A stretch of 32,000 nt of DNA from Bacillus subtilis subsp. subtilis str. 168 (GCF_000009045.1 NC_000964.3:120001-152000); one strand, 5' to 3'; shown: positions 1 to 12,806, numbered from the stretch's first letter. The notes: generated from the sequence alone by a model not told the origin. Program-made: numbers and translations.

Positions 1-60
1 TCTCAGTCGTGATCACCTAACGGTATAAGTGTTACACAAGAATCTACAGGAGGTGTAACC
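1..60 (+). promoter_or_regulatory. 3' end of the rplJ 5' leader (L10-leader region, truncated by the window edge)
   Basis: Non-coding sequence directly upstream of rplJ. Inverted repeat GTTACAC (31-37) / GTGTAAC (53-59) encloses the AGGAGG SD (48-53). Firmicute rplJL operons are known to carry an L10(L12)4-responsive leader. Only the last 60 nt are visible, so the family cannot be confirmed. Confidence 0.45.
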
Positions 61-561
61 ATGAGCAGCGCAATTGAAACAAAAAAAGTTGTTGTTGAAG
101 AAATTGCTTCTAAACTGAAAGAAAGTAAATCAACGATCATCGTTGACTATCGCGGACTTAACGTTTCTGAAGTAACTGAACTTCGTAAACAGCTTCGCGA
201 AGCTAACGTTGAGTTCAAAGTTTACAAAAATACGATGACTCGCCGTGCGGTTGAACAAGCTGAGCTTAATGGTTTGAATGATTTCTTAACTGGACCGAAC
301 GCGATCGCATTCAGCACTGAAGATGTTGTCGCTCCGGCTAAAGTTCTTAATGACTTCGCTAAAAATCACGAAGCTCTTGAAATCAAAGCTGGCGTTATCG
401 AAGGTAAAGTTTCTACTGTTGAAGAAGTGAAAGCTCTTGCTGAACTTCCATCACGCGAAGGCTTGCTTTCTATGTTGCTTAGCGTACTTCAAGCTCCAGT
501 TCGCAACCTTGCTCTTGCTGCAAAAGCTGTGGCAGAACAAAAGGAAGAACAAGGCGCTTAA
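61..561 (+). CDS. rplJ: 50S ribosomal protein L10 (uL10)
   Basis: 166-aa ORF recognisable as uL10 (MSSAIETKK...[10 protein letters not shown]). AGGAGG SD 8 nt upstream. Followed by rplL as in all bacteria. Confidence 0.98.
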   Translation: MSSAIETKKVVVEEIASKLKESKSTIIVDYRGLNVSEVTELRKQLREANVEFKVYKNTMTRRAVEQAELNGLNDFLTGPNAIAFSTEDVVAPAKVLNDFAKNHEALEIKAGVIEGKVSTVEEVKALAELPSREGLLSMLLSVLQAPVRNLALAAKAVAEQKEEQGA

Positions 562-606
562 TCTAATCAGTTTTTCATAAATTAAAACAAAATGGAGGAA
601 TTACAA

Positions 607-978
607 ATGGCTTTAAATATCGAAGAAATCATTGCTTCCGTTAAAGAAGCAACTGTACTTGAATTGAACGACCTAGTAAAAGCAATCGAAGAAGAATTTG
701 GCGTAACTGCTGCTGCTCCTGTAGCTGTAGCTGGCGGAGCTGCTGCTGGCGGAGCTGCTGAAGAGCAAAGCGAATTCGATCTTATCCTTGCTGGTGCAGG
801 ATCTCAAAAAATCAAAGTTATCAAAGTTGTACGTGAAATCACTGGTCTTGGCTTGAAAGAAGCTAAAGAGCTTGTTGACAACACTCCAAAACCACTTAAA
901 GAAGGTATTGCTAAAGAAGAAGCTGAAGAGCTTAAAGCTAAACTTGAAGAAGTTGGCGCTTCTGTAGAAGTTAAGTAA
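607..978 (+). CDS. rplL: 50S ribosomal protein L7/L12 (bL12)
   Basis: The ORF track starts at 592, but GGAGG (595-599) is correctly spaced for the ATG at 607, giving the 123-aa MALNIEEII... protein. It has an Ala/Gly hinge and a conserved C-terminal domain ([18 protein letters not shown]). Confidence 0.97.
730..759 (+). repeat. Perfect 15-bp tandem duplication inside the rplL hinge (GCTGGCGGAGCTGCT x2, encoding AGGAA-AGGAA)
   Basis: Read directly: 730-744 is identical to 745-759, in frame with rplL. Confidence 0.95.
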
Positions 979-997
979 TCTTCACTTACCTGTAGGG

Positions 998-1030
998 GAA
1001 GCTCGCTTTTATGAGGCGAGCTTTTTCTTT
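998..1030 (+). terminator. Intrinsic terminator/attenuator after rplL
   Basis: Stem AAGCTCGC (999-1006) / GCGAGCTT (1016-1023), followed by TTTTTCTTT. Confidence 0.75.
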
Positions 1031-1067
1031 GCCATTCTTTAAGCCATGAAAAAAGGAGGTTCTAATA

Positions 1068-1673
1068 ATGAGTGAGCACTATTATTCAGAAAAACCTTCA
1101 GTAAAAAGCAACAAGCAAACCTGGTCTTTTAGGCTTCGGAATAAAGATTTCACGTTTACCAGCGACAGCGGGGTTTTTTCTAAAAAAGAAGTTGATTTCG
1201 GCTCCCGCCTGCTGATTGATTCTTTTGAAGAGCCTGAGGTTGAGGGCGGCATTTTAGATGTAGGCTGCGGATACGGCCCGATTGGTTTATCGCTCGCCAG
1301 CGACTTTAAAGACCGGACCATCCACATGATTGACGTTAATGAGAGAGCCGTAGAACTATCAAATGAAAATGCGGAACAGAACGGAATAACAAACGTTAAG
1401 ATTTATCAAAGCGATTTGTTTTCAAACGTTGATTCTGCTCAAACATTTGCTTCTATTCTTACAAATCCCCCAATCCGAGCCGGAAAAAAAGTTGTCCATG
1501 CTATCTTTGAGAAAAGCGCTGAACACTTAAAAGCTTCAGGTGAATTGTGGATCGTCATACAGAAAAAGCAAGGCGCGCCTTCTGCCATTGAAAAGCTCGA
1601 GGAACTGTTCGATGAAGTTTCCGTCGTTCAAAAAAAGAAAGGCTATTATATCATAAAAGCAAAAAAAGTTTGA
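1068..1673 (+). CDS. ybxB: Class I SAM-dependent methyltransferase, RsmC/RsmD-like (probable rRNA N-methyltransferase)
   Basis: 201-aa ORF with AGGAGG SD. Carries SAM-binding motif I (ILDVGCGYGPIG) and the NPPxxxG catalytic motif (TNPPIRAG) typical of exocyclic-amine (m2G/m6A) methyltransferases. Sits between rplL and rpoB as in B. subtilis. Confidence 0.9.
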   Translation: MSEHYYSEKPSVKSNKQTWSFRLRNKDFTFTSDSGVFSKKEVDFGSRLLIDSFEEPEVEGGILDVGCGYGPIGLSLASDFKDRTIHMIDVNERAVELSNENAEQNGITNVKIYQSDLFSNVDSAQTFASILTNPPIRAGKKVVHAIFEKSAEHLKASGELWIVIQKKQGAPSAIEKLEELFDEVSVVQKKKGYYIIKAKKV

Positions 1674-1698
1674 CTCGGTATTTTAACTATGTTAATAT
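1670..1698 (+). promoter_or_regulatory. Near-consensus sigma-A promoter for rpoB-rpoC (TTGACT-17 nt-TAATAT)
   Basis: -35 TTGACT at 1670-1675 overlaps the ybxB stop codon. Exact 17-nt spacer, then -10 TAATAT at 1693-1698. A major rpoB promoter in the ybxB-rpoB spacer has been described for B. subtilis. Confidence 0.65.
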
Positions 1699-1918
1699 TG
1701 TAAAATGCCAATGTATATATTTTGCTTGATATGATGAATTGTCAATATCTATGTATAAATTATACAAGTATGGAAATGCTAATAAAATCGGTATTTGTTT
1801 TTGGATGTGGTTTTCTTAATTAGAAACCCTTTTTTCTTTTGTCTTGTAAAAGTATTTTCTTTCTTTGGAAGAAATGCTTATTACACATATAATACGCATG
1901 ATTTGAGGGGTGAATCAG

Positions 1919-4900
1919 TTGACAGGTCAACTAGTTCAGTATGGACGACACCGCCAGCGCAGAAGCTATGCTCGCATTAGCGAAGTGTTAGAATTACCAA
2001 ATCTCATTGAAATTCAAACCTCTTCTTATCAGTGGTTTCTTGATGAGGGTCTTAGAGAGATGTTTCAAGACATATCACCAATTGAGGATTTCACTGGTAA
2101 CCTCTCTCTTGAGTTCATTGATTATAGTTTAGGTGAGCCTAAATATCCTGTAGAGGAATCAAAAGAACGTGATGTGACTTACTCAGCTCCGCTAAGAGTG
2201 AAGGTTCGTTTAATTAACAAAGAAACTGGAGAGGTAAAAGACCAAGATGTCTTCATGGGTGATTTCCCTATTATGACAGATACAGGTACTTTTATCATTA
2301 ACGGTGCGGAACGTGTTATCGTTTCCCAGCTTGTTCGGTCTCCAAGTGTATATTTCAGTGGTAAAGTAGACAAAAACGGTAAAAAAGGTTTTACCGCAAC
2401 TGTCATTCCAAACCGTGGCGCATGGTTAGAATACGAAACTGATGCGAAAGATGTTGTTTATGTCCGCATTGATCGCACACGTAAGTTGCCGGTTACGGTT
2501 CTTTTGCGTGCTCTCGGCTTCGGCTCCGATCAAGAGATTCTTGATCTCATAGGAGAAAACGAATACCTGCGAAATACGCTTGATAAAGATAACACAGAAA
2601 ACAGCGACAAAGCGTTGCTGGAAATTTACGAGCGTCTCCGTCCTGGAGAGCCGCCTACAGTAGAAAATGCGAAAAGCTTGCTTGATTCTCGTTTCTTTGA
2701 TCCGAAACGATACGATCTTGCCAATGTAGGACGCTATAAAATTAATAAAAAACTTCATATTAAGAATCGCCTCTTCAATCAGAGACTTGCTGAAACGCTT
2801 GTTGATCCTGAAACAGGAGAAATCCTTGCTGAAAAAGGCCAGATTCTTGATAGAAGAACGCTTGATAAAGTACTGCCATACTTAGAAAACGGAATCGGTT
2901 TTAGAAAGCTGTATCCGAATGGCGGCGTTGTTGAAGATGAAGTGACTCTTCAATCAATTAAAATCTTTGCTCCGACTGATCAAGAAGGAGAACAGGTTAT
3001 CAATGTAATCGGCAATGCTTACATCGAAGAAGAGATTAAAAACATCACGCCTGCTGATATTATTTCTTCAATCAGCTACTTCTTCAACCTGCTGCACGGA
3101 GTAGGCGACACAGATGATATCGATCATCTTGGAAACCGCCGTTTACGTTCTGTAGGCGAGCTTCTCCAGAACCAATTCCGTATCGGTTTAAGCCGTATGG
3201 AGCGTGTGGTTCGTGAGAGAATGTCAATTCAAGATACGAATACAATTACGCCTCAGCAGCTGATCAATATTCGTCCTGTTATTGCGTCCATTAAAGAGTT
3301 CTTTGGAAGCTCACAGCTTTCTCAATTCATGGATCAGACGAACCCGCTTGCTGAATTAACGCACAAGCGTCGTCTGTCAGCATTAGGACCGGGCGGATTG
3401 ACACGTGAGCGTGCCGGAATGGAAGTGCGTGACGTTCACTACTCCCACTATGGCCGTATGTGTCCGATTGAAACGCCTGAGGGCCCGAACATCGGTTTGA
3501 TCAACTCACTATCATCTTATGCAAAAGTAAACCGTTTTGGCTTTATTGAAACGCCATATCGCCGCGTTGACCCTGAAACAGGGAAGGTAACGGGCAGAAT
3601 CGATTACTTAACTGCTGATGAAGAGGATAACTATGTTGTCGCTCAAGCGAATGCTCGTCTTGATGACGAAGGCGCCTTTATTGATGACAGCATCGTAGCT
3701 CGTTTCCGCGGGGAGAACACCGTTGTTTCCAGAAATCGTGTAGACTACATGGATGTATCGCCTAAGCAGGTTGTATCTGCTGCGACAGCATGTATCCCGT
3801 TCTTAGAAAACGATGACTCCAACCGTGCCCTCATGGGAGCGAACATGCAGCGTCAGGCTGTGCCTTTGATGCAGCCGGAAGCGCCATTTGTTGGAACTGG
3901 TATGGAATACGTATCAGGAAAAGACTCTGGTGCCGCTGTTATTTGTAAACACCCTGGTATCGTTGAACGCGTAGAAGCCAAAAACGTTTGGGTTCGCCGT
4001 TATGAAGAAGTAGACGGTCAAAAAGTAAAAGGAAACCTGGATAAATACAGCCTGCTGAAATTTGTCCGCTCTAACCAAGGTACGTGCTACAACCAGCGTC
4101 CGATCGTAAGTGTCGGCGATGAAGTGGTAAAAGGAGAAATCCTTGCTGACGGTCCTTCTATGGAGCTTGGTGAACTTGCACTTGGCCGTAACGTAATGGT
4201 CGGCTTCATGACGTGGGATGGCTACAACTATGAGGATGCCATCATCATGAGTGAACGCCTAGTGAAGGATGATGTTTATACATCTATCCACATTGAAGAA
4301 TACGAATCAGAAGCACGTGATACGAAACTTGGACCTGAAGAAATCACTCGCGATATTCCAAACGTCGGTGAAGATGCGCTTCGCAATCTTGATGACCGCG
4401 GAATCATCCGTATTGGGGCAGAAGTAAAAGACGGAGATCTTCTTGTTGGTAAAGTAACGCCTAAAGGCGTAACTGAACTGACTGCCGAAGAACGCCTTCT
4501 TCACGCCATCTTTGGCGAGAAAGCCCGCGAGGTTCGTGATACTTCTCTTCGTGTGCCTCATGGCGGCGGCGGAATTATCCATGACGTTAAAGTCTTCAAC
4601 CGTGAAGACGGAGACGAACTTCCTCCAGGTGTTAACCAGTTAGTACGCGTATATATCGTTCAGAAACGTAAGATTTCTGAAGGGGATAAAATGGCCGGTC
4701 GTCACGGTAACAAAGGTGTTATCTCTAAGATTCTTCCTGAAGAGGATATGCCTTACCTTCCTGACGGCACACCAATTGATATCATGCTTAACCCGCTGGG
4801 CGTACCATCACGTATGAACATCGGGCAGGTATTGGAACTTCACATGGGTATGGCCGCTCGTTACCTTGGCATTCACATTGCATCTCCTGTATTTGACGGA

Positions 4901-5500
4901 GCGCGAGAAGAGGATGTCTGGGAAACACTTGAAGAAGCCGGCATGTCTCGTGACGCCAAAACAGTGCTTTACGACGGACGTACTGGAGAGCCGTTTGATA
5001 ACCGTGTATCTGTCGGTATCATGTACATGATCAAACTGGCTCACATGGTTGACGATAAACTTCATGCACGCTCTACAGGCCCTTACTCACTTGTTACGCA
5101 GCAGCCTCTTGGCGGTAAAGCGCAATTTGGCGGACAGCGTTTTGGTGAGATGGAGGTTTGGGCACTTGAAGCTTACGGTGCGGCTTACACTCTTCAAGAA
5201 ATTCTGACTGTTAAGTCTGATGACGTGGTTGGACGTGTGAAAACATACGAAGCCATCGTTAAAGGCGACAATGTTCCTGAACCAGGTGTTCCGGAATCAT
5301 TCAAAGTATTAATCAAAGAACTTCAAAGCTTAGGTATGGATGTCAAAATCCTTTCTGGTGATGAAGAAGAAATAGAAATGAGAGATTTAGAAGACGAAGA
5401 AGATGCGAAACAAGCTGACGGCCTGGCATTATCAGGTGATGAAGAGCCGGAAGAAACAGCATCTGCAGACGTTGAACGCGATGTAGTAACAAAAGAATAA
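1919..5500 (+). CDS. rpoB: DNA-directed RNA polymerase beta subunit
   Basis: The ORF track begins at GTG 1910. TTG at 1919 sits 7-8 nt after GAGGGG and gives the 1193-aa protein. With this start the classical Rif residues fall at Q469, H482 and S487, matching B. subtilis numbering. Conserved motifs are present throughout (e.g. GRHGNKGV). Confidence 0.98.
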   Translation: MTGQLVQYGRHRQRRSYARISEVLELPNLIEIQTSSYQWFLDEGLREMFQDISPIEDFTGNLSLEFIDYSLGEPKYPVEESKERDVTYSAPLRVKVRLINKETGEVKDQDVFMGDFPIMTDTGTFIINGAERVIVSQLVRSPSVYFSGKVDKNGKKGFTATVIPNRGAWLEYETDAKDVVYVRIDRTRKLPVTVLLRALGFGSDQEILDLIGENEYLRNTLDKDNTENSDKALLEIYERLRPGEPPTVENAKSLLDSRFFDPKRYDLANVGRYKINKKLHIKNRLFNQRLAETLVDPETGEILAEKGQILDRRTLDKVLPYLENGIGFRKLYPNGGVVEDEVTLQSIKIFAPTDQEGEQVINVIGNAYIEEEIKNITPADIISSISYFFNLLHGVGDTDDIDHLGNRRLRSVGELLQNQFRIGLSRMERVVRERMSIQDTNTITPQQLINIRPVIASIKEFFGSSQLSQFMDQTNPLAELTHKRRLSALGPGGLTRERAGMEVRDVHYSHYGRMCPIETPEGPNIGLINSLSSYAKVNRFGFIETPYRRVDPETGKVTGRIDYLTADEEDNYVVAQANARLDDEGAFIDDSIVARFRGENTVVSRNRVDYMDVSPKQVVSAATACIPFLENDDSNRALMGANMQRQAVPLMQPEAPFVGTGMEYVSGKDSGAAVICKHPGIVERVEAKNVWVRRYEEVDGQKVKGNLDKYSLLKFVRSNQGTCYNQRPIVSVGDEVVKGEILADGPSMELGELALGRNVMVGFMTWDGYNYEDAIIMSERLVKDDVYTSIHIEEYESEARDTKLGPEEITRDIPNVGEDALRNLDDRGIIRIGAEVKDGDLLVGKVTPKGVTELTAEERLLHAIFGEKAREVRDTSLRVPHGGGGIIHDVKVFNREDGDELPPGVNQLVRVYIVQKRKISEGDKMAGRHGNKGVISKILPEEDMPYLPDGTPIDIMLNPLGVPSRMNIGQVLELHMGMAARYLGIHIASPVFDGAREEDVWETLEEAGMSRDAKTVLYDGRTGEPFDNRVSVGIMYMIKLAHMVDDKLHARSTGPYSLVTQQPLGGKAQFGGQRFGEMEVWALEAYGAAYTLQEILTVKSDDVVGRVKTYEAIVKGDNVPEPGVPESFKVLIKELQSLGMDVKILSGDEEEIEMRDLEDEEDAKQADGLALSGDEEPEETASADVERDVVTKE

Positions 5501-5561
5501 TCTCTAGTTATAAAGGCAAGTGACATCGGTTAATCCGAAGATAAAAAGGGAGGTAGGCCCC

Positions 5562-8500
5562 TTGCTAGATGTGAACAATTTTGAGTATATGAACATCGGT
5601 CTTGCTTCACCAGATAAAATCCGTTCATGGTCTTTTGGTGAAGTGAAAAAGCCTGAAACGATAAACTATCGTACGTTAAAACCTGAAAAGGACGGTCTAT
5701 TCTGCGAACGCATTTTCGGACCGACTAAGGACTGGGAATGTCATTGCGGGAAGTACAAGCGAGTTCGTTATAAAGGCGTAGTTTGTGACCGCTGCGGAGT
5801 CGAAGTAACACGGGCTAAAGTCCGTCGTGAGAGAATGGGGCACATTGAACTGGCTGCCCCAGTTTCCCACATTTGGTATTTCAAAGGTATTCCAAGCCGT
5901 ATGGGTCTTGTGCTGGATATGTCACCTCGTGCTTTAGAAGAAGTCATTTACTTTGCTTCTTACGTTGTAACTGATCCGGCGAATACACCGCTTGAAAAGA
6001 AACAGCTTCTGTCTGAGAAAGAATACCGTGCTTATCTTGATAAATACGGTAATAAATTCCAAGCATCTATGGGTGCTGAAGCAATTCATAAACTTCTTCA
6101 AGATATCGATCTTGTAAAAGAAGTTGATATGTTAAAAGAAGAGCTGAAAACTTCACAAGGACAACGCCGTACTCGTGCGATCAAACGTCTTGAAGTTTTA
6201 GAAGCCTTCCGTAACTCAGGAAACAAGCCTTCTTGGATGATCCTTGATGTGCTTCCTGTTATTCCTCCGGAGCTTAGACCGATGGTTCAGCTAGATGGCG
6301 GACGTTTTGCGACTTCTGATTTGAATGACCTTTATCGTCGTGTCATCAACCGTAACAATCGTTTGAAACGCCTTTTGGACCTTGGTGCGCCTAGCATCAT
6401 CGTTCAAAACGAAAAGCGTATGCTTCAAGAGGCTGTCGATGCCCTAATTGACAACGGCCGCCGCGGACGCCCTGTAACAGGTCCTGGAAACAGACCGTTA
6501 AAATCTCTTTCTCACATGCTGAAAGGGAAGCAAGGCCGTTTCCGTCAAAACCTTCTTGGTAAACGTGTCGATTACTCCGGACGTTCTGTAATCGTTGTTG
6601 GTCCTCATTTGAAAATGTACCAATGCGGATTACCGAAGGAAATGGCACTTGAACTTTTCAAACCTTTCGTTATGAAAGAACTTGTTGAAAAAGGTCTTGC
6701 TCACAACATTAAGAGTGCGAAACGCAAAATTGAGCGCGTACAGCCTGAAGTTTGGGATGTACTAGAATCAGTTATTAAGGAGCATCCGGTACTGCTGAAC
6801 CGTGCCCCTACACTTCACAGATTAGGTATCCAGGCGTTTGAACCAACGCTTGTTGAAGGACGCGCAATCCGTCTTCACCCGCTCGTATGTACAGCTTACA
6901 ACGCTGACTTTGACGGTGACCAAATGGCGGTTCACGTACCATTATCTGCTGAAGCACAAGCTGAAGCACGCATCTTGATGCTTGCTGCTCAAAACATCTT
7001 GAACCCTAAAGATGGTAAACCGGTTGTAACACCGTCTCAGGATATGGTACTAGGTAACTATTACCTGACACTTGAGCGTGCCGGTGCTGTCGGTGAAGGT
7101 ATGGTCTTCAAGAATACAGACGAAGCGCTTCTTGCTTATCAAAACGGATATGTTCACCTTCATACGAGAGTAGCTGTTGCAGCTAACTCACTTAAGAATG
7201 TGACATTTACCGAAGAACAGCGCTCAAAATTGTTAATTACAACTGTCGGTAAGCTTGTCTTCAATGAAATTCTTCCGGAATCATTCCCTTACATGAATGA
7301 ACCAACGAAGAGCAACATTGAAGAGAAAACACCTGACCGTTTCTTCTTAGAAAAAGGTGCTGATGTTAAAGCTGTTATCGCACAGCAGCCAATCAATGCG
7401 CCGTTTAAAAAAGGCATTCTGGGTAAAATCATCGCGGAAATCTTTAAACGATTCCATATTACGGAAACGTCTAAAATGCTTGACCGCATGAAAAACCTAG
7501 GTTTCAAATATTCAACTAAAGCTGGTATTACAGTTGGGGTTTCTGACATCGTCGTACTCGATGATAAACAAGAAATTCTTGAGGAAGCGCAAAGCAAAGT
7601 TGACAACGTTATGAAGCAATTCCGCCGCGGTCTTATCACTGAAGAAGAACGCTATGAGAGAGTCATCTCTATCTGGAGTGCTGCAAAAGACGTTATCCAA
7701 GGCAAACTGATGAAATCACTTGATGAACTCAACCCGATCTACATGATGAGTGACTCTGGTGCCCGTGGTAACGCATCTAACTTTACGCAGCTTGCCGGAA
7801 TGCGCGGCCTGATGGCCAACCCGGCTGGACGTATCATTGAGTTGCCGATCAAATCAAGTTTCCGTGAAGGTCTGACAGTATTGGAGTACTTTATCTCCAC
7901 ACACGGTGCGCGTAAAGGTCTTGCCGATACCGCTCTTAAAACTGCTGACTCAGGTTACCTTACACGCCGTCTCGTTGACGTTGCTCAGGATGTTATCATC
8001 CGTGAAACTGATTGCGGAACTGACCGAGGCATTCTTGCTAAGCCTCTTAAAGAAGGAACTGAAACAATTGAGCGCTTAGAAGAACGCTTAATCGGACGTT
8101 TTGCAAGAAAACAAGTGAAGCACCCTGAAACAGGTGAAGTGCTTGTGAATGAAAACGAACTGATCGATGAAGATAAAGCACTGGAGATTGTCGAAGCCGG
8201 CATTGAAGAAGTGTGGATCCGTTCTGCCTTCACATGTAATACGCCTCATGGTGTATGTAAACGATGCTATGGCCGAAATCTTGCAACTGGCTCCGATGTT
8301 GAAGTCGGTGAAGCTGTCGGAATCATTGCTGCCCAATCAATCGGTGAGCCTGGTACACAGTTAACAATGCGTACATTCCATACAGGCGGGGTTGCCGGAG
8401 ACGATATCACACAGGGTCTTCCGCGTATCCAAGAGCTTTTCGAAGCGCGTAATCCGAAAGGTCAGGCAACAATTACAGAAATCGACGGTACAGTCGTTGA

Positions 8501-9161
8501 GATCAATGAAGTTCGTGATAAGCAACAGGAAATTGTGGTTCAAGGCGCAGTGGAAACACGTTCTTATACGGCACCTTACAACTCCCGCCTGAAAGTAGCG
8601 GAAGGAGATAAAATTACTCGAGGCCAAGTACTGACAGAAGGTTCAATCGATCCGAAAGAACTTCTTAAAGTGACTGACCTGACGACTGTTCAAGAGTATC
8701 TTCTCCATGAGGTTCAAAAGGTTTACCGTATGCAGGGTGTTGAAATCGGTGATAAACACGTAGAAGTAATGGTTCGCCAGATGCTTCGCAAAGTACGCGT
8801 GATTGATGCCGGTGACACTGATGTGCTTCCAGGTACATTGCTTGATATTCACCAATTTACTGAAGCGAACAAAAAGGTATTGCTTGAAGGCAACCGACCA
8901 GCTACAGGCCGTCCTGTCTTACTCGGTATTACAAAAGCATCTCTTGAAACTGATTCATTCTTATCTGCTGCTTCCTTCCAGGAAACAACACGTGTCCTTA
9001 CAGATGCAGCGATCAAAGGTAAGCGTGACGAGCTTCTCGGCTTGAAAGAGAATGTTATCATCGGTAAGCTTGTTCCAGCAGGTACAGGAATGATGAAATA
9101 CCGTAAAGTAAAACCAGTATCAAATGTTCAGCCGACTGACGATATGGTCCCGGTTGAATAA
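5562..9161 (+). CDS. rpoC: DNA-directed RNA polymerase beta' subunit
   Basis: The ORF track begins at GTG 5520. TTG at 5562 lies 8 nt after GGGAGG (5548-5553) and gives the 1199-aa [23 protein letters not shown]... protein. The Zn-binding CHCGKY...CDRCG motif and the catalytic NADFDGD motif are present. Confidence 0.98.
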   Translation: MLDVNNFEYMNIGLASPDKIRSWSFGEVKKPETINYRTLKPEKDGLFCERIFGPTKDWECHCGKYKRVRYKGVVCDRCGVEVTRAKVRRERMGHIELAAPVSHIWYFKGIPSRMGLVLDMSPRALEEVIYFASYVVTDPANTPLEKKQLLSEKEYRAYLDKYGNKFQASMGAEAIHKLLQDIDLVKEVDMLKEELKTSQGQRRTRAIKRLEVLEAFRNSGNKPSWMILDVLPVIPPELRPMVQLDGGRFATSDLNDLYRRVINRNNRLKRLLDLGAPSIIVQNEKRMLQEAVDALIDNGRRGRPVTGPGNRPLKSLSHMLKGKQGRFRQNLLGKRVDYSGRSVIVVGPHLKMYQCGLPKEMALELFKPFVMKELVEKGLAHNIKSAKRKIERVQPEVWDVLESVIKEHPVLLNRAPTLHRLGIQAFEPTLVEGRAIRLHPLVCTAYNADFDGDQMAVHVPLSAEAQAEARILMLAAQNILNPKDGKPVVTPSQDMVLGNYYLTLERAGAVGEGMVFKNTDEALLAYQNGYVHLHTRVAVAANSLKNVTFTEEQRSKLLITTVGKLVFNEILPESFPYMNEPTKSNIEEKTPDRFFLEKGADVKAVIAQQPINAPFKKGILGKIIAEIFKRFHITETSKMLDRMKNLGFKYSTKAGITVGVSDIVVLDDKQEILEEAQSKVDNVMKQFRRGLITEEERYERVISIWSAAKDVIQGKLMKSLDELNPIYMMSDSGARGNASNFTQLAGMRGLMANPAGRIIELPIKSSFREGLTVLEYFISTHGARKGLADTALKTADSGYLTRRLVDVAQDVIIRETDCGTDRGILAKPLKEGTETIERLEERLIGRFARKQVKHPETGEVLVNENELIDEDKALEIVEAGIEEVWIRSAFTCNTPHGVCKRCYGRNLATGSDVEVGEAVGIIAAQSIGEPGTQLTMRTFHTGGVAGDDITQGLPRIQELFEARNPKGQATITEIDGTVVEINEVRDKQQEIVVQGAVETRSYTAPYNSRLKVAEGDKITRGQVLTEGSIDPKELLKVTDLTTVQEYLLHEVQKVYRMQGVEIGDKHVEVMVRQMLRKVRVIDAGDTDVLPGTLLDIHQFTEANKKVLLEGNRPATGRPVLLGITKASLETDSFLSAASFQETTRVLTDAAIKGKRDELLGLKENVIIGKLVPAGTGMMKYRKVKPVSNVQPTDDMVPVE

Positions 9162-9172
9162 CTGATTTAACT

Positions 9173-9206
9173 CTGCTGAAAGACTGCAAAAACAGTCTTT
9201 CAGCAG
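9173..9206 (+). terminator. Hairpin terminator after rpoC
   Basis: Perfect 14-bp stem CTGCTGAAAGACTG (9173-9186) / CAGTCTTTCAGCAG (9193-9206) with a 6-nt loop. The downstream tract is only AT-rich (ATATATTTAT), not a clean T-run. Confidence 0.65.
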
Positions 9207-9265
9207 ATATATTTATGAAAAAGTCACTCTATGAGAAGAACGAATCTAAAAAATGTCATACCTTG

Positions 9266-9294
9266 TTGACATTCGTCTCCTAGAATGATAATAT
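9266..9294 (+). promoter_or_regulatory. Consensus sigma-A promoter of the str operon (TTGACA-17 nt-TAATAT, with TG extended -10)
   Basis: -35 TTGACA at 9266-9271, 17-nt spacer, TGaTAATAT at 9286-9294. Lies 45 nt upstream of ybxF. Confidence 0.75.
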
Positions 9295-9339
9295 AACCAA
9301 GGTGCTCGAAATAAACCTGTTACTTTGGAGGATATGTTT

Positions 9340-9588
9340 ATGTCTTATGATAAAGTATCACAGGCCAAATCAATTATTATTGGTACGAAGCAAACAGTGA
9401 AAGCTCTAAAGCGAGGTTCAGTAAAGGAAGTAGTCGTTGCAAAAGACGCAGATCCGATACTCACGTCAAGTGTTGTTTCACTTGCTGAAGATCAAGGTAT
9501 CTCTGTCTCAATGGTTGAATCCATGAAAAAGCTCGGCAAAGCCTGCGGAATTGAGGTAGGAGCAGCCGCTGTTGCCATTATTTTATAA
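9340..9588 (+). CDS. ybxF: L7Ae-family ribosome-associated / K-turn-binding protein
   Basis: The ORF track begins at TTG 9325. GGAGG (9327-9331) is spaced for the ATG at 9340, giving the 82-aa [24 protein letters not shown]... protein, which is an L7Ae/L30e-fold sequence. First gene of the str operon in B. subtilis. Confidence 0.92.
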
Positions 9589-9686
9589 CGTACTTTTGTT
9601 TTTGCGTAAGATTCCATCTTGTGTAAAGACATTGTTTTTTGCCTTTTGATGAACCACCTGGGTATGTGGGTTATAAAACGTAATGA

Positions 9687-10118
<432 letters not shown>

Positions 10119-10144
10119 TATACGAAAATACGCATAATTGATGA

Positions 10145-10630
<486 letters not shown>

Positions 10631-10683
10631 GATTTATAGATTAACAAAACACAATTTCCTAATAAGGAAGGAGAAATTACCCA

Positions 10684-12762
10684 ATGGCAAGAGAGTTCTC
10701 CTTAGAAAAAACTCGTAATATCGGTATCATGGCTCACATCGATGCCGGTAAAACGACTACTACAGAACGTATCTTGTTCTATACTGGTCGTATCCACAAA
10801 ATTGGTGAAACTCATGAAGGAGCTTCACAAATGGACTGGATGGAGCAGGAACAAGAACGTGGTATCACAATCACTTCCGCTGCGACTACTGCACAGTGGA
10901 AAGGATACCGCGTAAACATCATCGATACTCCAGGACACGTAGACTTCACAGTTGAAGTTGAACGTTCTCTTCGTGTACTTGATGGTGCTGTTGCTGTACT
11001 TGACGCGCAATCAGGCGTTGAGCCTCAAACAGAAACTGTTTGGCGTCAGGCAACAACTTATGGAGTACCGCGTATCGTTTTTGTTAACAAAATGGACAAA
11101 ATCGGTGCAGACTTCCTTTACTCTGTAGGAACTTTAAGAGACCGTCTTCAAGCAAACGCTCATGCAATTCAATTGCCGATCGGTGCTGAAGATAACTTCG
11201 AAGGTATCATTGACCTTGTAGAAAACGTTGCGTATTTCTACGAAGATGACCTCGGAACTCGTTCTGATGCAAAAGAAATCCCTGAAGAGTACAAAGAGCA
11301 AGCTGAAGAGCTTCGCAACAGCCTTATTGAAGCTGTATGTGAGCTTGATGAAGAGCTTATGGATAAGTACCTTGAGGGTGAAGAAATCACAATTGACGAG
11401 TTAAAAGCAGGAATTCGTAAAGGTACATTAAATGTTGAATTCTACCCTGTTCTTGTTGGTTCTGCCTTCAAAAACAAAGGTGTTCAACTAGTACTTGATG
11501 CTGTTCTTGACTACCTTCCTGCACCAACTGACGTTGCTGCAATCAAAGGTACACGTCCTGATACAAATGAAGAGATTGAGCGTCATTCTTCTGACGAAGA
11601 GCCATTCTCTGCATTAGCATTTAAAGTTATGACTGACCCTTACGTTGGTAAGTTGACGTTCTTCCGTGTGTACTCTGGAACACTTGATTCTGGTTCATAC
11701 GTGAAAAACTCTACTAAAGGCAAACGTGAGCGTGTTGGACGTATTCTTCAAATGCACGCTAACAGCCGTGAAGAAATCTCTACTGTATACGCAGGGGATA
11801 TCGCAGCTGCTGTAGGTCTAAAAGATACAACTACTGGAGATACTCTATGTGATGAGAAGGATCTTGTTATCCTTGAGTCAATGGAATTCCCAGAACCAGT
11901 TATCGACGTTGCTATTGAGCCTAAATCAAAAGCTGACCAAGATAAAATGGGTATCGCTTTAGCGAAACTTGCTGAAGAAGATCCTACATTCCGTACTCAA
12001 ACAAACCCAGAAACTGGCCAAACGATCATCTCTGGTATGGGTGAACTTCACCTTGATATCATTGTTGACCGTATGAAACGCGAATTTAAAGTAGAAGCCA
12101 ATGTTGGTGCTCCTCAAGTTGCGTACCGTGAAACATTCCGTACCGGTGCAAAAGTTGAAGGTAAATTCGTACGTCAGTCTGGTGGACGCGGTCAGTTCGG
12201 ACACGTTTGGATCGAATTCGAACCAAACGAAGAAGGCGCTGGCTTTGAATTTGAAAATGCGATTGTCGGTGGGGTCGTTCCTCGTGAATACATCCCAGCT
12301 GTTCAAGCAGGTCTGGAAGATGCACTCGAAAATGGTGTACTAGCAGGCTTCCCGCTTATCGACATTAAAGCTAAACTTTTCGACGGTTCTTACCATGATG
12401 TTGACTCAAACGAAATGGCATTTAAAGTCGCTGCTTCTATGGCATTGAAAAATGCAGTCAGCAAATGTAACCCAGTTCTTCTTGAACCAATCATGAAAGT
12501 GGAAGTGGTTATTCCAGAAGAATATATGGGAGATATCATGGGTGATATCACTTCACGTCGCGGACGCGTAGAAGGTATGGAAGCACGCGGTAACGCTCAA
12601 GTTGTTCGTGCTATGGTTCCTCTTGCTGAAATGTTCGGTTACGCTACTGCACTTCGTTCTAATACGCAAGGTCGCGGTACGTTCACTATGCACATGGATC
12701 ACTACGAAGAAGTGCCGAAGAGCGTCGCAGAAGAAATTATCAAAAAAAATAAAGGCGAATAA
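10684..12762 (+). CDS. fusA: Elongation factor G
   Basis: 692-aa protein with GTPase motifs [17 protein letters not shown] and NKMD. AGGAGA SD. Confidence 0.99.
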   Translation: MAREFSLEKTRNIGIMAHIDAGKTTTTERILFYTGRIHKIGETHEGASQMDWMEQEQERGITITSAATTAQWKGYRVNIIDTPGHVDFTVEVERSLRVLDGAVAVLDAQSGVEPQTETVWRQATTYGVPRIVFVNKMDKIGADFLYSVGTLRDRLQANAHAIQLPIGAEDNFEGIIDLVENVAYFYEDDLGTRSDAKEIPEEYKEQAEELRNSLIEAVCELDEELMDKYLEGEEITIDELKAGIRKGTLNVEFYPVLVGSAFKNKGVQLVLDAVLDYLPAPTDVAAIKGTRPDTNEEIERHSSDEEPFSALAFKVMTDPYVGKLTFFRVYSGTLDSGSYVKNSTKGKRERVGRILQMHANSREEISTVYAGDIAAAVGLKDTTTGDTLCDEKDLVILESMEFPEPVIDVAIEPKSKADQDKMGIALAKLAEEDPTFRTQTNPETGQTIISGMGELHLDIIVDRMKREFKVEANVGAPQVAYRETFRTGAKVEGKFVRQSGGRGQFGHVWIEFEPNEEGAGFEFENAIVGGVVPREYIPAVQAGLEDALENGVLAGFPLIDIKAKLFDGSYHDVDSNEMAFKVAASMALKNAVSKCNPVLLEPIMKVEVVIPEEYMGDIMGDITSRRGRVEGMEARGNAQVVRAMVPLAEMFGYATALRSNTQGRGTFTMHMDHYEEVPKSVAEEIIKKNKGE

Positions 12763-12791
12763 TTGATTTTGCCGCTTAACTCAAGTATAAC
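12763..12791 (+). promoter_or_regulatory. Candidate internal sigma-A promoter for tufA (TTGATT-17 nt-TATAAC)
   Basis: -35 TTGATT at 12763-12768 immediately after the fusA stop, 17-nt spacer, -10 TATAAC at 12786-12791. Sequence match only. Confidence 0.45.
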
Positions 12792-12806
12792 TACTATTGT
12801 AAGATG

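Noticed and set aside
1910-1918. N-terminal extensions suggested by the six-frame track for rpoB (GTG 1910), rpoC (GTG 5520), rplL (592), ybxF (9325), rplD (16363), rplP (19449), rpmC (19900), rpsQ (20141), rplF (22387) and rpsE (23355).
   Set aside because: In each case the SD lies inside or too close to the extended start and is correctly spaced for the downstream start, and the shorter product matches the known protein length. rpsE is the least certain, because the ATG at 23355 remains possible.
1795-1980. 61-aa + strand ORF spanning the rpoB leader and the rpoB start.
   Set aside because: It has a TTG start without an SD, a Phe/Leu-rich translation of AT-rich leader DNA, and it overlaps the real rpoB start out of frame.
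3323-3379. Checked the rpoB rifampicin-resistance cluster (Q469, H482, S487) and rpsL K56 (9867-9869) for resistance alleles.
   Set aside because: All positions carry the wild-type residues (CAA Gln, CAC His, TCA Ser; AAA Lys), so there is nothing to report.
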